Positions 30,681-40,389 of a DNA stretch of 64,000 nucleotides are shown in pieces. Numbering within the stretch: the stretch's first letter is position 1; each line of letters begins with the position of its first letter. The translations under genes and the position numbers were made by a program. The notes under the pieces are model-generated. The model saw only the letters and a list, made by a program, of their open reading frames with translations. It was not told the origin of the DNA and did no database searches. Source of the stretch: Smithellaceae bacterium (GTDB lineage: Bacteria > Desulfobacterota > Syntrophia > Syntrophales > Smithellaceae); assembly GCA_963667845.2 (NCBI GenBank), contig CAXXVL010000002.1, positions 3,040,001-3,104,000 on the forward strand, in the 5' to 3' direction.

Positions 30681-32405
30681 ATGATTAGTAAATCCATTTA
30701 TGTCATCTCAGTGCTTATGATTACGATCCTTTTACCAATTAGTGCTTTGCAAGCGACTGGTCCGGAGAATAAGAGCGGCAAGCAACCTTCTGCTGCTACG
30801 GTCAACTCGACAAGCAGCACCGACGGGCAGCGTGCCGTCCTCACCGTGACGCCGAGGGAAATAGACCTGGGATCGATCCGGCCCGGTGACTCCGTCGAGG
30901 GAGAGTTTAGTCTGAAGAATGTTGTTCCCGGCGGCATGGAATGGTCAGCTTACTGTCCGGAAGACTGGCAGAGTGCCACGGGTAAAATAAGCAAAGTAGC
31001 AACATCAAATGACCCGACTTATCTGAAAATGGAATTGGCGATTGCGGAAAATACGGAAAGTAGTCCTGGCGACAAATCAAGAGCGTTACTGTACCGCACC
31101 AGCATGAAAATGGAAGTCGAAGGCAAAGAGCTCCTGTGCCAGAAAGACTTAAAAGCAGGTACTTACCGTAATGCCATTCGACTGACATCAACCGGTGGGC
31201 GGCGAACCATTTTTGTAGATTTCAGGATTCGTGCATTACAGGCGATGCCTTCCATCAACCTGAACCCTCAGCGTCTCGATCTGGGTGAGCAATTGCCCGG
31301 CAAGATCATTTCAAGAAAAATAGAACTGACCAACAAGGGTAGAGAGATGCTGAGATGGTCCGTCACGACGTCGGAAGTGAGGTCGGGAGAGCTTTCCAAA
31401 GAACTACAGAAAGAAAGATACTTTTCGTTCCACATCGAAGAAGTGGCTGAGCAAGGGAAATATATTGTCCCTGCCCATTTGAGTGATTCCGTGGAATTAA
31501 TCGGAAAGTGGACGGAAAAGAAGGGCTACCCTGTAAGCAAAGGAAATGCCAGTGCAATCAAGTTCAGGTTTCACGGAACCGGGATCAGCTTTTTCCTGCA
31601 ATCGCATACGGAAGACGGAAACTGTTTGATCTACCTTGATGAAGTTTTAATGAGTCTGCCGGATGTGCTGTCCGGACAGTGGGAAAAGAAGGAATTGGTG
31701 GTTGCCGAGGGACTTCCAGACGGTCCGCATATGGCTTCCATTGTTGTCAAGGAGGGCAGCTTGGAGCTGGAAGGCGTCAAGGTGTTTGGAAAGAACATCA
31801 TGAGAGGGCCCAAAGGCTGGATTACGGTTTTCCCCAATTCCGGAACAACTTTGAACGAAACGGATTATATCAATGTTAAAGTTGATACCTCCTATCTGGC
31901 GCCCGGTTATTACGGTGACCAGATCGTATTTAAATCAAACGTGGGGCAGGAAGTTGCGGAAGTATTTATCGATGTAATTTCCGATGCGGGACACAAAGTC
32001 ATTGATGTGTATCTATACACGAAGGACCTGGACTATCTATTCACTGCGGACCCTCTGGCCGAATCCAAGAGACTGATTCAAAACGGTTACATCAAAGAAG
32101 GCATTGCGTTTAGACTTTTCGCGCCGCAAACGCCGGGTACGACCAGTTTTTATCGCTGGTATAATCCGCAGATCAAAGATCATTTTTATCATTATGACCG
32201 GACAGGCGGCGGGAAAAAACTCAACGGCTATGTGTACGAAGGAACGATCGGTAATATTGCGACATCGCGCATGACCAACACCCGCGAATTGTATCGCTGG
32301 TTCAATCCGTCAACCGGGAGACACTATTTTTCGACAAACCCGAAAGGCGCATCCGGCGTGAGAAAAGGGTATCGCTTTGAAGGAATTGCCGGTTATGTCC
32401 GATAA
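30681..32405 (+). CDS. Secreted multidomain protein (Ig-like domains, beta-sandwich, C-terminal DUF5648-like repeats)
   Basis: Signal peptide; two 'P..(I/L)DLG' Ig-like starts; repeated YRW(Y/F)NP..H(F/Y)(Y/F) and GY.EG motifs. Confidence 0.65.
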   Translation: MISKSIYVISVLMITILLPISALQATGPENKSGKQPSAATVNSTSSTDGQRAVLTVTPREIDLGSIRPGDSVEGEFSLKNVVPGGMEWSAYCPEDWQSATGKISKVATSNDPTYLKMELAIAENTESSPGDKSRALLYRTSMKMEVEGKELLCQKDLKAGTYRNAIRLTSTGGRRTIFVDFRIRALQAMPSINLNPQRLDLGEQLPGKIISRKIELTNKGREMLRWSVTTSEVRSGELSKELQKERYFSFHIEEVAEQGKYIVPAHLSDSVELIGKWTEKKGYPVSKGNASAIKFRFHGTGISFFLQSHTEDGNCLIYLDEVLMSLPDVLSGQWEKKELVVAEGLPDGPHMASIVVKEGSLELEGVKVFGKNIMRGPKGWITVFPNSGTTLNETDYINVKVDTSYLAPGYYGDQIVFKSNVGQEVAEVFIDVISDAGHKVIDVYLYTKDLDYLFTADPLAESKRLIQNGYIKEGIAFRLFAPQTPGTTSFYRWYNPQIKDHFYHYDRTGGGKKLNGYVYEGTIGNIATSRMTNTRELYRWFNPSTGRHYFSTNPKGASGVRKGYRFEGIAGYVR

Positions 32406-32430
32406 AATAAAATTGTCGAAGCTTTTAATC

Positions 32431-32459
32431 TTGACAAAAAAAGGAAGAGGGGATATTAG
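32431..32459 (+). promoter_or_regulatory. Sigma-70-like promoter of the tRNA cluster
   Basis: TTGACA-N17-TATTAG. Confidence 0.55.
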
Positions 32460-32489
32460 GCTGTTTCTTTTTTGGTGCAGGTAAAGAAT

Positions 32490-32566
<77 letters not shown>

Positions 32567-32577
32567 AAGCGAAAAAT

Positions 32578-32655
32578 GGTGGGTGTAGCTCAGCTGGTCA
32601 GAGTGCCGGGTTGTGGCCCCGGAGGTCGAGGGTTCGAACCCCTTCACTCACCCCA
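32578..32655 (+). tRNA. tRNA-His(GTG), including G-1
   Basis: Anticodon loop TTGTGGC; C discriminator; CCA. Confidence 0.95.
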
Positions 32656-32675
32656 TTTTTTGACATGGAAACCGC

Positions 32676-32752
32676 GCGCCCGTAGCTCAGCTGGATAGAG
32701 TCGCAGACTTCGAATCTGTTGGTCGTAGGTTCGAATCCTACCGGGCGTACCA
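32676..32752 (+). tRNA. tRNA-Arg(TCG)
   Basis: Anticodon loop CTTCGAA; CCA. Confidence 0.95.
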
Positions 32753-32783
32753 GAATAGAATGTTTAGATGATGTTCTTTAATA

Positions 32784-32924
32784 TAGTGGATGTTCAAATA
32801 CCCTAAAGAGTATGCGAATGACCGGATGCTAGGCGCCAGAGATGTGAGGCGTGAGATTTAAGTTACGCCGCCGCGACGAACATTAAAGGCAATGACACAG
32901 GTTAGCGTTTTTAAACAGACATTA
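32784..32924. mobile_element. Degenerate MITE/REP-like element in a tRNA spacer
   Basis: Imperfect terminal inverted repeats: TAGTGGATGTTCAAATA vs reverse complement TAATGTCTGTTTAAAAA (12/17). Confidence 0.4.
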
Positions 32925-32927
32925 AAA

Positions 32928-33003
32928 GGGCCCTTAGCTCAGCTGGTAGAGCAACTGACTCTTAATCAGTAGGTTGTCGGTTCGATCCCGACAGGGCTCA
33001 CCA
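32928..33003 (+). tRNA. tRNA-Lys(CTT)
   Basis: Anticodon loop CTCTTAA; CCA. Confidence 0.96.
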
Positions 33004-33009
33004 AATATC

Positions 33010-33033
33010 AAGGGGTTACGAAAGTAACCCCTT
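33010..33033 (+). terminator. Terminator after the tRNA cluster
   Basis: AAGGGGTTAC-GAAA-GTAACCCCTT followed by a T-rich tail. Confidence 0.85.
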
Positions 33034-33149
33034 TCTATTTTTGTCCTAAAGATGACCACTTGTGACCACCGTGACAGACAGTCTGTAATTTATCTGGCTA
33101 TAGACAATACTGGCAAAACGCCTTATATATTTCAGGTAGGCAATGGTTT

Positions 33150-34235
33150 ATGATCGGGACCAATATTCAGAAGCGCGAAGCGAGAGATCTGTGGGTGGCA
33201 ATTGCTATTGCCCTTTCTTTAGGTGTATATCACCTGTTCTTCAATATTATTTCATCCTTACAGTATATTTCATATCATTATTATCGATTGGTCAGCAATT
33301 TGCTCTTCTTCTGGATACTTGTCCTGTTATGGGTTGCTTACCAGCGCTGGCGCGATGCGGTCTACAGGCAAAGAGAATTACGCAATATTCTGGCAAGCAT
33401 CAGCACGGAAGTTATTATGGTGGTTGATTACAACCGCCGGATTCAGATGGTCAATGAAAGTGTAAATATTTTTGGTTATTCTCCGGAGGAAGTAATCAAG
33501 AAGACGACGGATTTACTCTACCTCGACCGTCGGGTGGATAAAAACCGTCCCACCGAAATACGCGATTCTCTTAATAAAATTGGCTTTCATATCGGGCAGG
33601 CAACTGGCCGGAAACGCACGGGCGAAACTTTTCCCTTGGAAATTGTAACCGCATTACTCAAGGGGACCGTAGGAGCTGTTGTCGTGATCAGGGACATCAC
33701 TGAGAGAAGGCGGAGAGAGGAAGAGATCCGGCAGATAGCCTACCATGATTCCCTGACGGGTCTTCCCAACCGGCAACTCTTCTCCGATCGCTTGAATATT
33801 GCTATAGTCCAGGCGCAGAGAAATCAAAAAAAAGTGGGAATTGCAATGCTCGACCTCGACCATTTTAAGGAAGTAAATGATACGCTAGGTCATGATATAG
33901 GGGATCTCACTCTCAAGGCAACGGCAGAACGGCTACGTACAGCTCTGAGGAAGGGTGATACCATTGCTCGCTTCGGTGGCGACGAGTTTGTATTGATACT
34001 CCCGGACCTAGCGACTATAGAAGATGCGATCCAGGTTGTGCAAAAGATCGTTAACAGTTTTTGCGAACCCTTTCTTCTGGACACTCATGAACGCATTGTG
34101 ACAACGAGTATTGGCATCGCTGTCTATCCCGATGATGGAACAGATGATGATATACTCCTAAGAAATGCCGATATTGCCATGTATCAAGCCAAGCAAGCGG
34201 GGCGGGCCCGCTACCAGCTCTATGAAAAGGGCTGA
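33150..34235 (+). CDS. Membrane PAS-GGDEF diguanylate cyclase
   Basis: 2 TM helices, PAS domain, DSLTGLPNR, DLDHFKEVND, RKGD I-site, GGDEF. Confidence 0.94.
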   Translation: MIGTNIQKREARDLWVAIAIALSLGVYHLFFNIISSLQYISYHYYRLVSNLLFFWILVLLWVAYQRWRDAVYRQRELRNILASISTEVIMVVDYNRRIQMVNESVNIFGYSPEEVIKKTTDLLYLDRRVDKNRPTEIRDSLNKIGFHIGQATGRKRTGETFPLEIVTALLKGTVGAVVVIRDITERRRREEEIRQIAYHDSLTGLPNRQLFSDRLNIAIVQAQRNQKKVGIAMLDLDHFKEVNDTLGHDIGDLTLKATAERLRTALRKGDTIARFGGDEFVLILPDLATIEDAIQVVQKIVNSFCEPFLLDTHERIVTTSIGIAVYPDDGTDDDILLRNADIAMYQAKQAGRARYQLYEKG

Positions 34236-34454
34236 GATGCGATGCAACCGCATTTTACTATTCAAGGGTTTTCAACTTGAAAATACATGATTACAGATGA
34301 TAAGCCATACCACAATGCTGTATTGGAAATCGTTGACTTAGAGAAGAAAGAGATCGGGTCAATTCAAGCGGCGAATAATTCTAAGAGCGGGGAGCGGTCA
34401 CTTCTTTTTTATCCAGATAAATGAATTATCAGCTAGTAATAAACCGGGGATAAA

Positions 34455-34503
34455 TCTTAATCAGCAGGTTGTCGGTTCGAGCACGACATTGTTCACCAAA
34501 TAT
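34455..34503 (+). repeat. Degenerate copy of the tRNA-Lys 3' half (att-like direct repeat)
   Basis: TCTTAATCAGCAGGTTGTCGGTTCGAGCACGACATTGTTCACCAAATAT vs tRNA TCTTAATCAGTAGGTTGTCGGTTCGATCCCGACAGGGCTCACCAAATAT. Confidence 0.85.
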
Positions 34504-34922
34504 ATCGATGGGTTGACAGTTATGGCTGCTAGCCCATTTTTATTTGTAACAATATCTACAAAGAAAATATCTCCAAAGACCGAATATTCGAACTATCACC
34601 GTGAACATCCACTATTATTGGCAATTGCTGGAGGTGTTCAGCATCTCGCAGGTTTTCCTGAGATCCGGAATTGACGATTCGGGTCGATAGCACCTGCGGT
34701 TTCGCGGGTAGTTTGCCTCTACGAATCCACTGCTATTTAACCCTTATTGATTATCGCAGAGCAGGTTATTACATTTATTCAAATACAATAATAAGAATCG
34801 AGGAGTGATTAAATGGGCTGAGGTGCCTCAGCACATCCGCTCAACCACTTTAATATTTGCCGATACAAAAGCAACAACAGTCAAAGAGATCTGATGAGCT
34901 AAGAGCAAAGGAGGCATCTGCC

Positions 34923-35381
34923 ATGTATCAGAAAATCCTCGTTCCCCTGGACGGGTCAGAACTCGCCGAATGCGCTTTGTCCCACGTCAAAAATCTGGTC
35001 AGTACGGGCTGCGCCGGAGAGGTTGTTTTACTGAATATATTCTGGGCATTGACTTATCCTCTGGTGGCCGGAGAACCGCCGGCATCCTATATAGCTCAAA
35101 TCATCAGAAGCGCGAGAAGTGCTTCGAGAAAGTATCTTGCCGGCGTGCAATCAAGACTTAGTGCGGACGGGATTCCCGTGAAGACGGAATCACTGGAGGA
35201 TGATCGTCCGGGAGCTGCCATATCCGATTATGCTCAAAAAAACAGCGTAGATTTAATCATCATGGGTACCCATGGTTATACGGGATTAAAGAAGATGATG
35301 TTGGGCAGCGTAGCGATTGAGGTGCTGCACAACTCCCGCGTTCCGGTCCTGCTCATCCGGGCAGAGTCCTGCGCAAAATAA
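34923..35381 (+). CDS. Universal stress protein
   Basis: MYQKILVPLDGS, DLIIMGTHG, LGSVA, PVLLIR. Confidence 0.95.
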   Translation: MYQKILVPLDGSELAECALSHVKNLVSTGCAGEVVLLNIFWALTYPLVAGEPPASYIAQIIRSARSASRKYLAGVQSRLSADGIPVKTESLEDDRPGAAISDYAQKNSVDLIIMGTHGYTGLKKMMLGSVAIEVLHNSRVPVLLIRAESCAK

Positions 35382-35588
35382 GATACTGAATGGAGCAGTG
35401 ACGACACCAAAATTTCTCATCGACGCAAATCCTCTCACCTCTCCGATGTCGATCTCGCGAATTAGTCCAAACGGAATTTGTTATTTGGGTCGTCACCAGG
35501 AAAAGTTCACTAAAATATCGAGTCCAAGGGTTGAACATTTTGACGATTCTTTTTAACCCTTAAAAACCTTCCGGCATTGAAGATTTCC

Positions 35589-35617
35589 TTGACATCTTGG
35601 GGACCGTTTCCTATATT
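35589..35617 (+). promoter_or_regulatory. Sigma-70-like promoter
   Basis: TTGACA-N17-TATATT. Confidence 0.6.
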
Positions 35618-35752
35618 GCGGCAATTGAGAAAGTTCTAATCGGTTGTTAAGTATAACGGAAATTACCTGTTATCTCTGATACCTGAAAGATGCGATACGC
35701 TGATACAAAAACTATCCAACAAAAATTATTATTAGGGCGAAAATGAACTGTT

Positions 35753-36928
35753 ATGGCCGATAATATTGTATTCTCCGGAAGCCTGCTTTTTTTATCTCTT
35801 GCAGATGTTTTTCAACTGCTTGGTGGGAACAGTTGCACTGGAAAACTCACCTTGCGTAGTAAATATTCCAAAGACGTAGGCATTGTATATTTCCGGGGCG
35901 GAAACCCGACAAATGCCTACTGTGGTGATTGGAAAGGATTAGACGCCGTCTACGCACTGTTCGGATGGGCGGACGGCAGATATGATTTTTCCGAAGAGGA
36001 CTTGACGGGAATCGAACCTGAAATCAAAAGAAACATGATGGAAATTGTCCTGGATGCCTCAAGATTACTGGATGACGGGAAGATAGAGCAAATCGGTCCC
36101 GGTCAACTCGACCGCGAAGGCATGGAAGGAACCGGACCGGAAGGTGCGGAAATGGACGCCATGCAGCCGCTGAAAGGGCCCCCGGTGGATTATCTTTATG
36201 TTACAGGAGATTATTACTATCCGGACGGCACGACCATCGTTAAAGAGGGAGAGTACGGAAAATGGCTCTGGGCCATATCAGATGGAACGGTAAAGATATC
36301 CCGTTCTACGTCACAAGGGGCAATAACATTGGCCAGACTGGGCGAAGGATGTTTTATCGGAACCTTGAAGTCGCTGCTGTATGGCGAATGTGAGCGGACT
36401 GCGACGGCTGTTGCCGAAGGCGACGTGCAGCTATGCATACTGGATGCAGAGGCCCTTCATCGCGAATATGCGAAATTATCCGAAAATTTTAAAAAAATCC
36501 TCCTCAGCCTTGATAAGAGATTAAAACCGATTAATGATAATGTTGTTCAGGCATTCACCGGCGGCGCCTTAAAAGAATTGCCCGCGGATAAAGTTTTTGA
36601 CGACAGATTTCAGAATAATACTGAGTTGTATCTTATCAGAGAAGGAACGGCGGATATCATTGCTAAGGGACCTAAGGGAGATATCAACCTCCTGTCCCTG
36701 GGTGCGGATGATGTTTTCGGGTGGATTCCCTTTATGGCGTTTGGTCATGAACCGCTCGCCGCGTCCGTAATGACATCAAACCCGTTTGAGGTGGATGTCC
36801 TGGACAGCAAGGCGCTGCAGCAGGAGTATGACAATCTTTCTCACATGTTCCGGAATTTCGTGTTCGGAACGGCAACGAATATATCCATGACAACAAAACT
36901 CTTCTATCAATTATTGGGCAGTACGTGA
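35753..36928 (+). CDS. DUF4388/PATAN-like domain plus cNMP-binding domain protein
   Basis: FSGSL..LSLADVFQLL..TGKL..GIVYFRGG; IVKEGEYG..GTVKI..LGEGCFIG..RTATAVA. Confidence 0.8.
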   Translation: MADNIVFSGSLLFLSLADVFQLLGGNSCTGKLTLRSKYSKDVGIVYFRGGNPTNAYCGDWKGLDAVYALFGWADGRYDFSEEDLTGIEPEIKRNMMEIVLDASRLLDDGKIEQIGPGQLDREGMEGTGPEGAEMDAMQPLKGPPVDYLYVTGDYYYPDGTTIVKEGEYGKWLWAISDGTVKISRSTSQGAITLARLGEGCFIGTLKSLLYGECERTATAVAEGDVQLCILDAEALHREYAKLSENFKKILLSLDKRLKPINDNVVQAFTGGALKELPADKVFDDRFQNNTELYLIREGTADIIAKGPKGDINLLSLGADDVFGWIPFMAFGHEPLAASVMTSNPFEVDVLDSKALQQEYDNLSHMFRNFVFGTATNISMTTKLFYQLLGST

Positions 36929-37098
36929 AGAAGATGAAGCAGTGTTTCGACGGGCGCAGTCAGCTGGAAGGCTGGCTACGCGTTCATAGATAGAAACCCT
37001 GCAGAGTCTCGCGGCCTTTTCTATATCTGAAATTGCAGCCGTCATCACCGTTGGCAAGGGTATCGGATGGGCGGCTTCATCCTTTATAAGTCCAGACA

Positions 37099-38151
37099 TT
37101 ATCTACTCCAGTGGCTGGCAAAGAACTCGCATCCCTCCGAGGTCAAAACAGTTGTTTCTCCAAGCCGGTGGTGTCCGATGAGGTTTTCCGAAAAAATCTG
37201 TGTCCACTGGTCGCGGCGAATGTGGTAATCGTTACGCTTGCCCCGGGCTTGAGTTAGAAACGATATCACCTCCGCCATCACAAAATTGTCCACGCAGCTC
37301 TGGCTTACGTCAATCGGGGCATCGTGGGCAAAGATGGAATCGATGATTGGCCCATAGGACTGGTAAACGGATACGGCAAGCGCAGGCGAACCCATCTCGG
37401 GCGTGTCATTGTCCCCGTCCATTTCCAGAAGGAGCACATCGTTGACTCGTCCGCCTATTTCCCTGAGATGAACGGCCTTGTCGTCCCACGGCATGTGATG
37501 ATAAGCGAGCGACAATAAGGCCACGTCGATGCCGGCAGGAAGCTTTGCCGCATGTTCCTGAATCCGGCCGTGGCGTTTATCAGTCGTGAGCCCCGGGAAG
37601 GCCTCCTTCAGTTTTTCGGCTGCCCGGTCGATCATGGCAGCTGAAGAATCAACCAGAATAGCCCGACCGACTTCACCGATGCGTCCGGCAGCGATGAGCC
37701 GTCTCAGGAGAAGGATTAATAGACTGCCGTCGCCGCATCCCACATCAAGAATGGTCAGCGGAGTAGTGAATACCGGAAGGGAAGACGCGGCAAAGCGGAC
37801 AAATCTTTCCCGCATATCGATGATGCCCGGCACAGTGGTGAAATGTTCATAGGGCCGCGGATCGGCAAAAATCATGTCCGGCATCTGAAAGCGGCCGTTG
37901 TGCCGCTCCAGATAGGCGACCATAATCGCGTTGAATATCCCTCCCTCTTCAAGTGCCCCTTCTCGAAACCAGTCCCACGATTTTCGATTGTCATCGAGGC
38001 CTGCCAGCAGACCACCGACATAAAAATGAAAATGTGCGCGAAGGGCGGTACGAATACCCCTTAGCGAAGATCGGGGGGTGAGCTTTCCGAGAATGGCTTC
38101 TCCGGCCAGCTTCTTCCAGGCAATTTGTTCATCGGATGTGAGATAGTACAT
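37099..38151 (-). CDS. Class I SAM-dependent methyltransferase
   Basis: ILDVGCGDG, LVDSS, LAYHH. Confidence 0.8.
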   Translation of the reverse strand: MYYLTSDEQIAWKKLAGEAILGKLTPRSSLRGIRTALRAHFHFYVGGLLAGLDDNRKSWDWFREGALEEGGIFNAIMVAYLERHNGRFQMPDMIFADPRPYEHFTTVPGIIDMRERFVRFAASSLPVFTTPLTILDVGCGDGSLLILLLRRLIAAGRIGEVGRAILVDSSAAMIDRAAEKLKEAFPGLTTDKRHGRIQEHAAKLPAGIDVALLSLAYHHMPWDDKAVHLREIGGRVNDVLLLEMDGDNDTPEMGSPALAVSVYQSYGPIIDSIFAHDAPIDVSQSCVDNFVMAEVISFLTQARGKRNDYHIRRDQWTQIFSENLIGHHRLGETTVLTSEGCEFFASHWSR

Positions 38152-38186
38152 AAATGACCTTCATCGGAACATTATTTTAGTGCCGA

Positions 38187-38215
38187 AGTATAAGAAACGG
38201 ACCAGCCGCTGTCAA
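38187..38215 (-). promoter_or_regulatory. Sigma-70-like promoter for the methyltransferase
   Basis: Minus strand TTGACA-N17-TATACT. Confidence 0.65.
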
Positions 38216-38378
38216 GGCAATCTTCCCATAGATAGGTCGCAAGGAGACATGCGCCATAGCTGGCTCCCGAATCACTGCCGGGCATACAGGCATCATCGGC
38301 CGGTTCTATCTCCGGGTGATGTTGTAAGGACTGAATCATCTTTTTAAGACGGAATCGAATCTGCACTGTTTTGCGTAA

Positions 38379-38407
38379 TTGACAAACTGAGACAGACCCC
38401 GTATCCT
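38379..38407 (+). promoter_or_regulatory. Sigma-70-like promoter for the thaumatin-like gene
   Basis: TTGACA-N17-TATCCT. Confidence 0.55.
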
Positions 38408-38464
38408 TCTATAACGCGTGAGCGTCATCAAAGCATACGTCCTTGTATGAGAAAGAGGTTTCAT

Positions 38465-39337
38465 ATGAATCGAAGAGCCTGCACCCTTTTGGTTGCACTA
38501 CTCATTTTCATTTTGCTCGGTGCATGCACATCAGGCACGTCCGATCTTGCTCTGGACACTGACGGAGATGGTCTCGCTGATATCGCCGAGATTCAGATCT
38601 ATGGCACCGATCCCAACAATCCGGATACGGACGGGGACGGTCGCAGCGATGGAGAAGAAGTTCTGGCCGAAACGGATCCACTGGTTGCGGATTTTGCAAG
38701 GACCGTCCGATTTAACAACAACTCCACTAAAAGTGTCACGATTTACATTGTGTTTGCAACAGGATTGACCGGAAACGGTGGAGCCTATGACGAGGCTTAC
38801 TTCAATAAACAGGGTTGTCAAATGTATCGAGCCGACAGGTGCAAATTCGTCATTCCCAAGGGTAGCGATGCACACAAGATACTGAACCTCAGTAAAGGGG
38901 GTATCAATCTTTCCGTGGGATTGGACAGTGAACCCATGGGGCCCTGTCCGACAACAATGTTTGAAATCAACATGTCCCCGAAGGACAATAAAACTCATGA
39001 CCACTATGACGTTTCACTGGTCAATGGCTTCAACTATTCCATGCAAATCATCCCCTCGGCCGGCACGTCGACTACGCTTGTAACGAAGGCCACCGGAAAT
39101 CATAATGCGGTCGGCGTCTTTCCGCTTGGTTGCAGCGAGTGCATCGCTCTGAACTCTGTTCCGCCGACATGGGAAGACTGTCCCGGAAACTCTTCATCCT
39201 GCGGAAAATACAACCAGTGCTACAGCACGGCTGAATGCAAGACCGGTCCGGACAGGAATCATCCGAATGCAGCATGCGACCTTGAGGCGGCAACAGGAGG
39301 GAACTATGCGGTTAACATCGGTGATCCGGTCCACTAA
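38465..39337 (+). CDS. Lipoprotein with Ca-binding DxDxDG repeats and a thaumatin-like domain
   Basis: Lipobox LGAC; two DTDGDG repeats; PCPTTMFEIN and HDHYDVSLVNGFNYSMQIIP; Cys-rich. Confidence 0.75.
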   Translation: MNRRACTLLVALLIFILLGACTSGTSDLALDTDGDGLADIAEIQIYGTDPNNPDTDGDGRSDGEEVLAETDPLVADFARTVRFNNNSTKSVTIYIVFATGLTGNGGAYDEAYFNKQGCQMYRADRCKFVIPKGSDAHKILNLSKGGINLSVGLDSEPMGPCPTTMFEINMSPKDNKTHDHYDVSLVNGFNYSMQIIPSAGTSTTLVTKATGNHNAVGVFPLGCSECIALNSVPPTWEDCPGNSSSCGKYNQCYSTAECKTGPDRNHPNAACDLEAATGGNYAVNIGDPVH

Positions 39338-39586
39338 GTTTATTCCGACATTTTAATCCCGCTCACGCGGGACGAGCGTTAATTCCCTGTCGCTTGCCGC
39401 GAAATAATGACGTTCATTTCATGCCTCGATGGCTTGATGCGAGATTGTTGATTCAGGATCTCATCTTTTATTTATAGATGTTCAAAATGAAAATGTTCCT
39501 TGAAATCAAATGGCACGCCGTTTATCGAAATAACAGACCAGGCGGGATTTTTAGGATGAGGAGGAAAGCCGTATAAGGGAAAACTC

Positions 39587-40249
39587 ATGACGGTCTCACA
39601 TGTGTTGCTGATTACCTTTATCCTCATTTCTTTTGTCCATCTCGCTGCCGAAGGGGCACGGTTGAGAGTCGGACGATATATCACTAAACCATTCCTCATG
39701 CCCGTGCTGGCTCTGTATTATGTCACGTCAGCAGCGCATCCGAATCCTTTATTTGCGGGGGCGATCCTGTGCGGCTGGCTGGGGGATGTCTTCCTCATGC
39801 TTCCTGATCCGCAAAATACCGGCCGCTATTTCCGGCAGGGCCTGATCTGTTTTTCATTCGGCCATATTCTTTACATTCTTGCTTTTGTTTCCTACTTCTC
39901 CCGTCCGTTCCATCCGCCTGCGTGGGGATGGGCCGCATCAGCACTTTATGCTGCCGCAGCTATAGCCGCGTACTTTTTAATCGTCCATAGGGCAGGGAAG
40001 CTGCTTACGGCTGTCAGTATCTACATCGCCATTATTACTCTCATGGGAATGAGTACGATCCTTCCTTTGGGAAGTGTTCACACGAGCGGCGTCGTCATGA
40101 CGATGGCCGGTGCTTTTTTATTTATGGGCTCGGATACGATCAACGCATACAATAGATTAGTGAACGAGATTCCTTTCGAATGGTTGCTCACTATGGGCGT
40201 TTATCTTGTTGCGCAGTTTCTGCTGGTGCAAGGATATCTCATGTTTTGA
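39587..40249 (+). CDS. YhhN-family lysoplasmalogenase
   Basis: TKPFLM, LGDVFL, GHILY, LFMGSD, YLVAQ; multi-TM. Confidence 0.9.
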   Translation: MTVSHVLLITFILISFVHLAAEGARLRVGRYITKPFLMPVLALYYVTSAAHPNPLFAGAILCGWLGDVFLMLPDPQNTGRYFRQGLICFSFGHILYILAFVSYFSRPFHPPAWGWAASALYAAAAIAAYFLIVHRAGKLLTAVSIYIAIITLMGMSTILPLGSVHTSGVVMTMAGAFLFMGSDTINAYNRLVNEIPFEWLLTMGVYLVAQFLLVQGYLMF

Positions 40250-40389
40250 AGAACCCGATACCTTGAAGGAAAGTCTCACGGCTTAGTTCCTTTTCCACAG
40301 CTGTAAGACCGATGCTGATAAAGAACAATTCGACATCTCCGCAGCGGACACACCGATATATTCCTGAATGGCGGGCGAAGAATGGAAAA

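Noticed and set aside
38172..38366. 64-aa ORF containing DSGASYGACLLA, reminiscent of a kinase or carbamoyltransferase tail
   Set aside because: Match is too short, and the ORF overlaps a good promoter in a divergent intergenic region
39511..39526. TGGCACG sigma-54-like -24 element upstream of the YhhN gene
   Set aside because: The -12 position reads AT instead of GC
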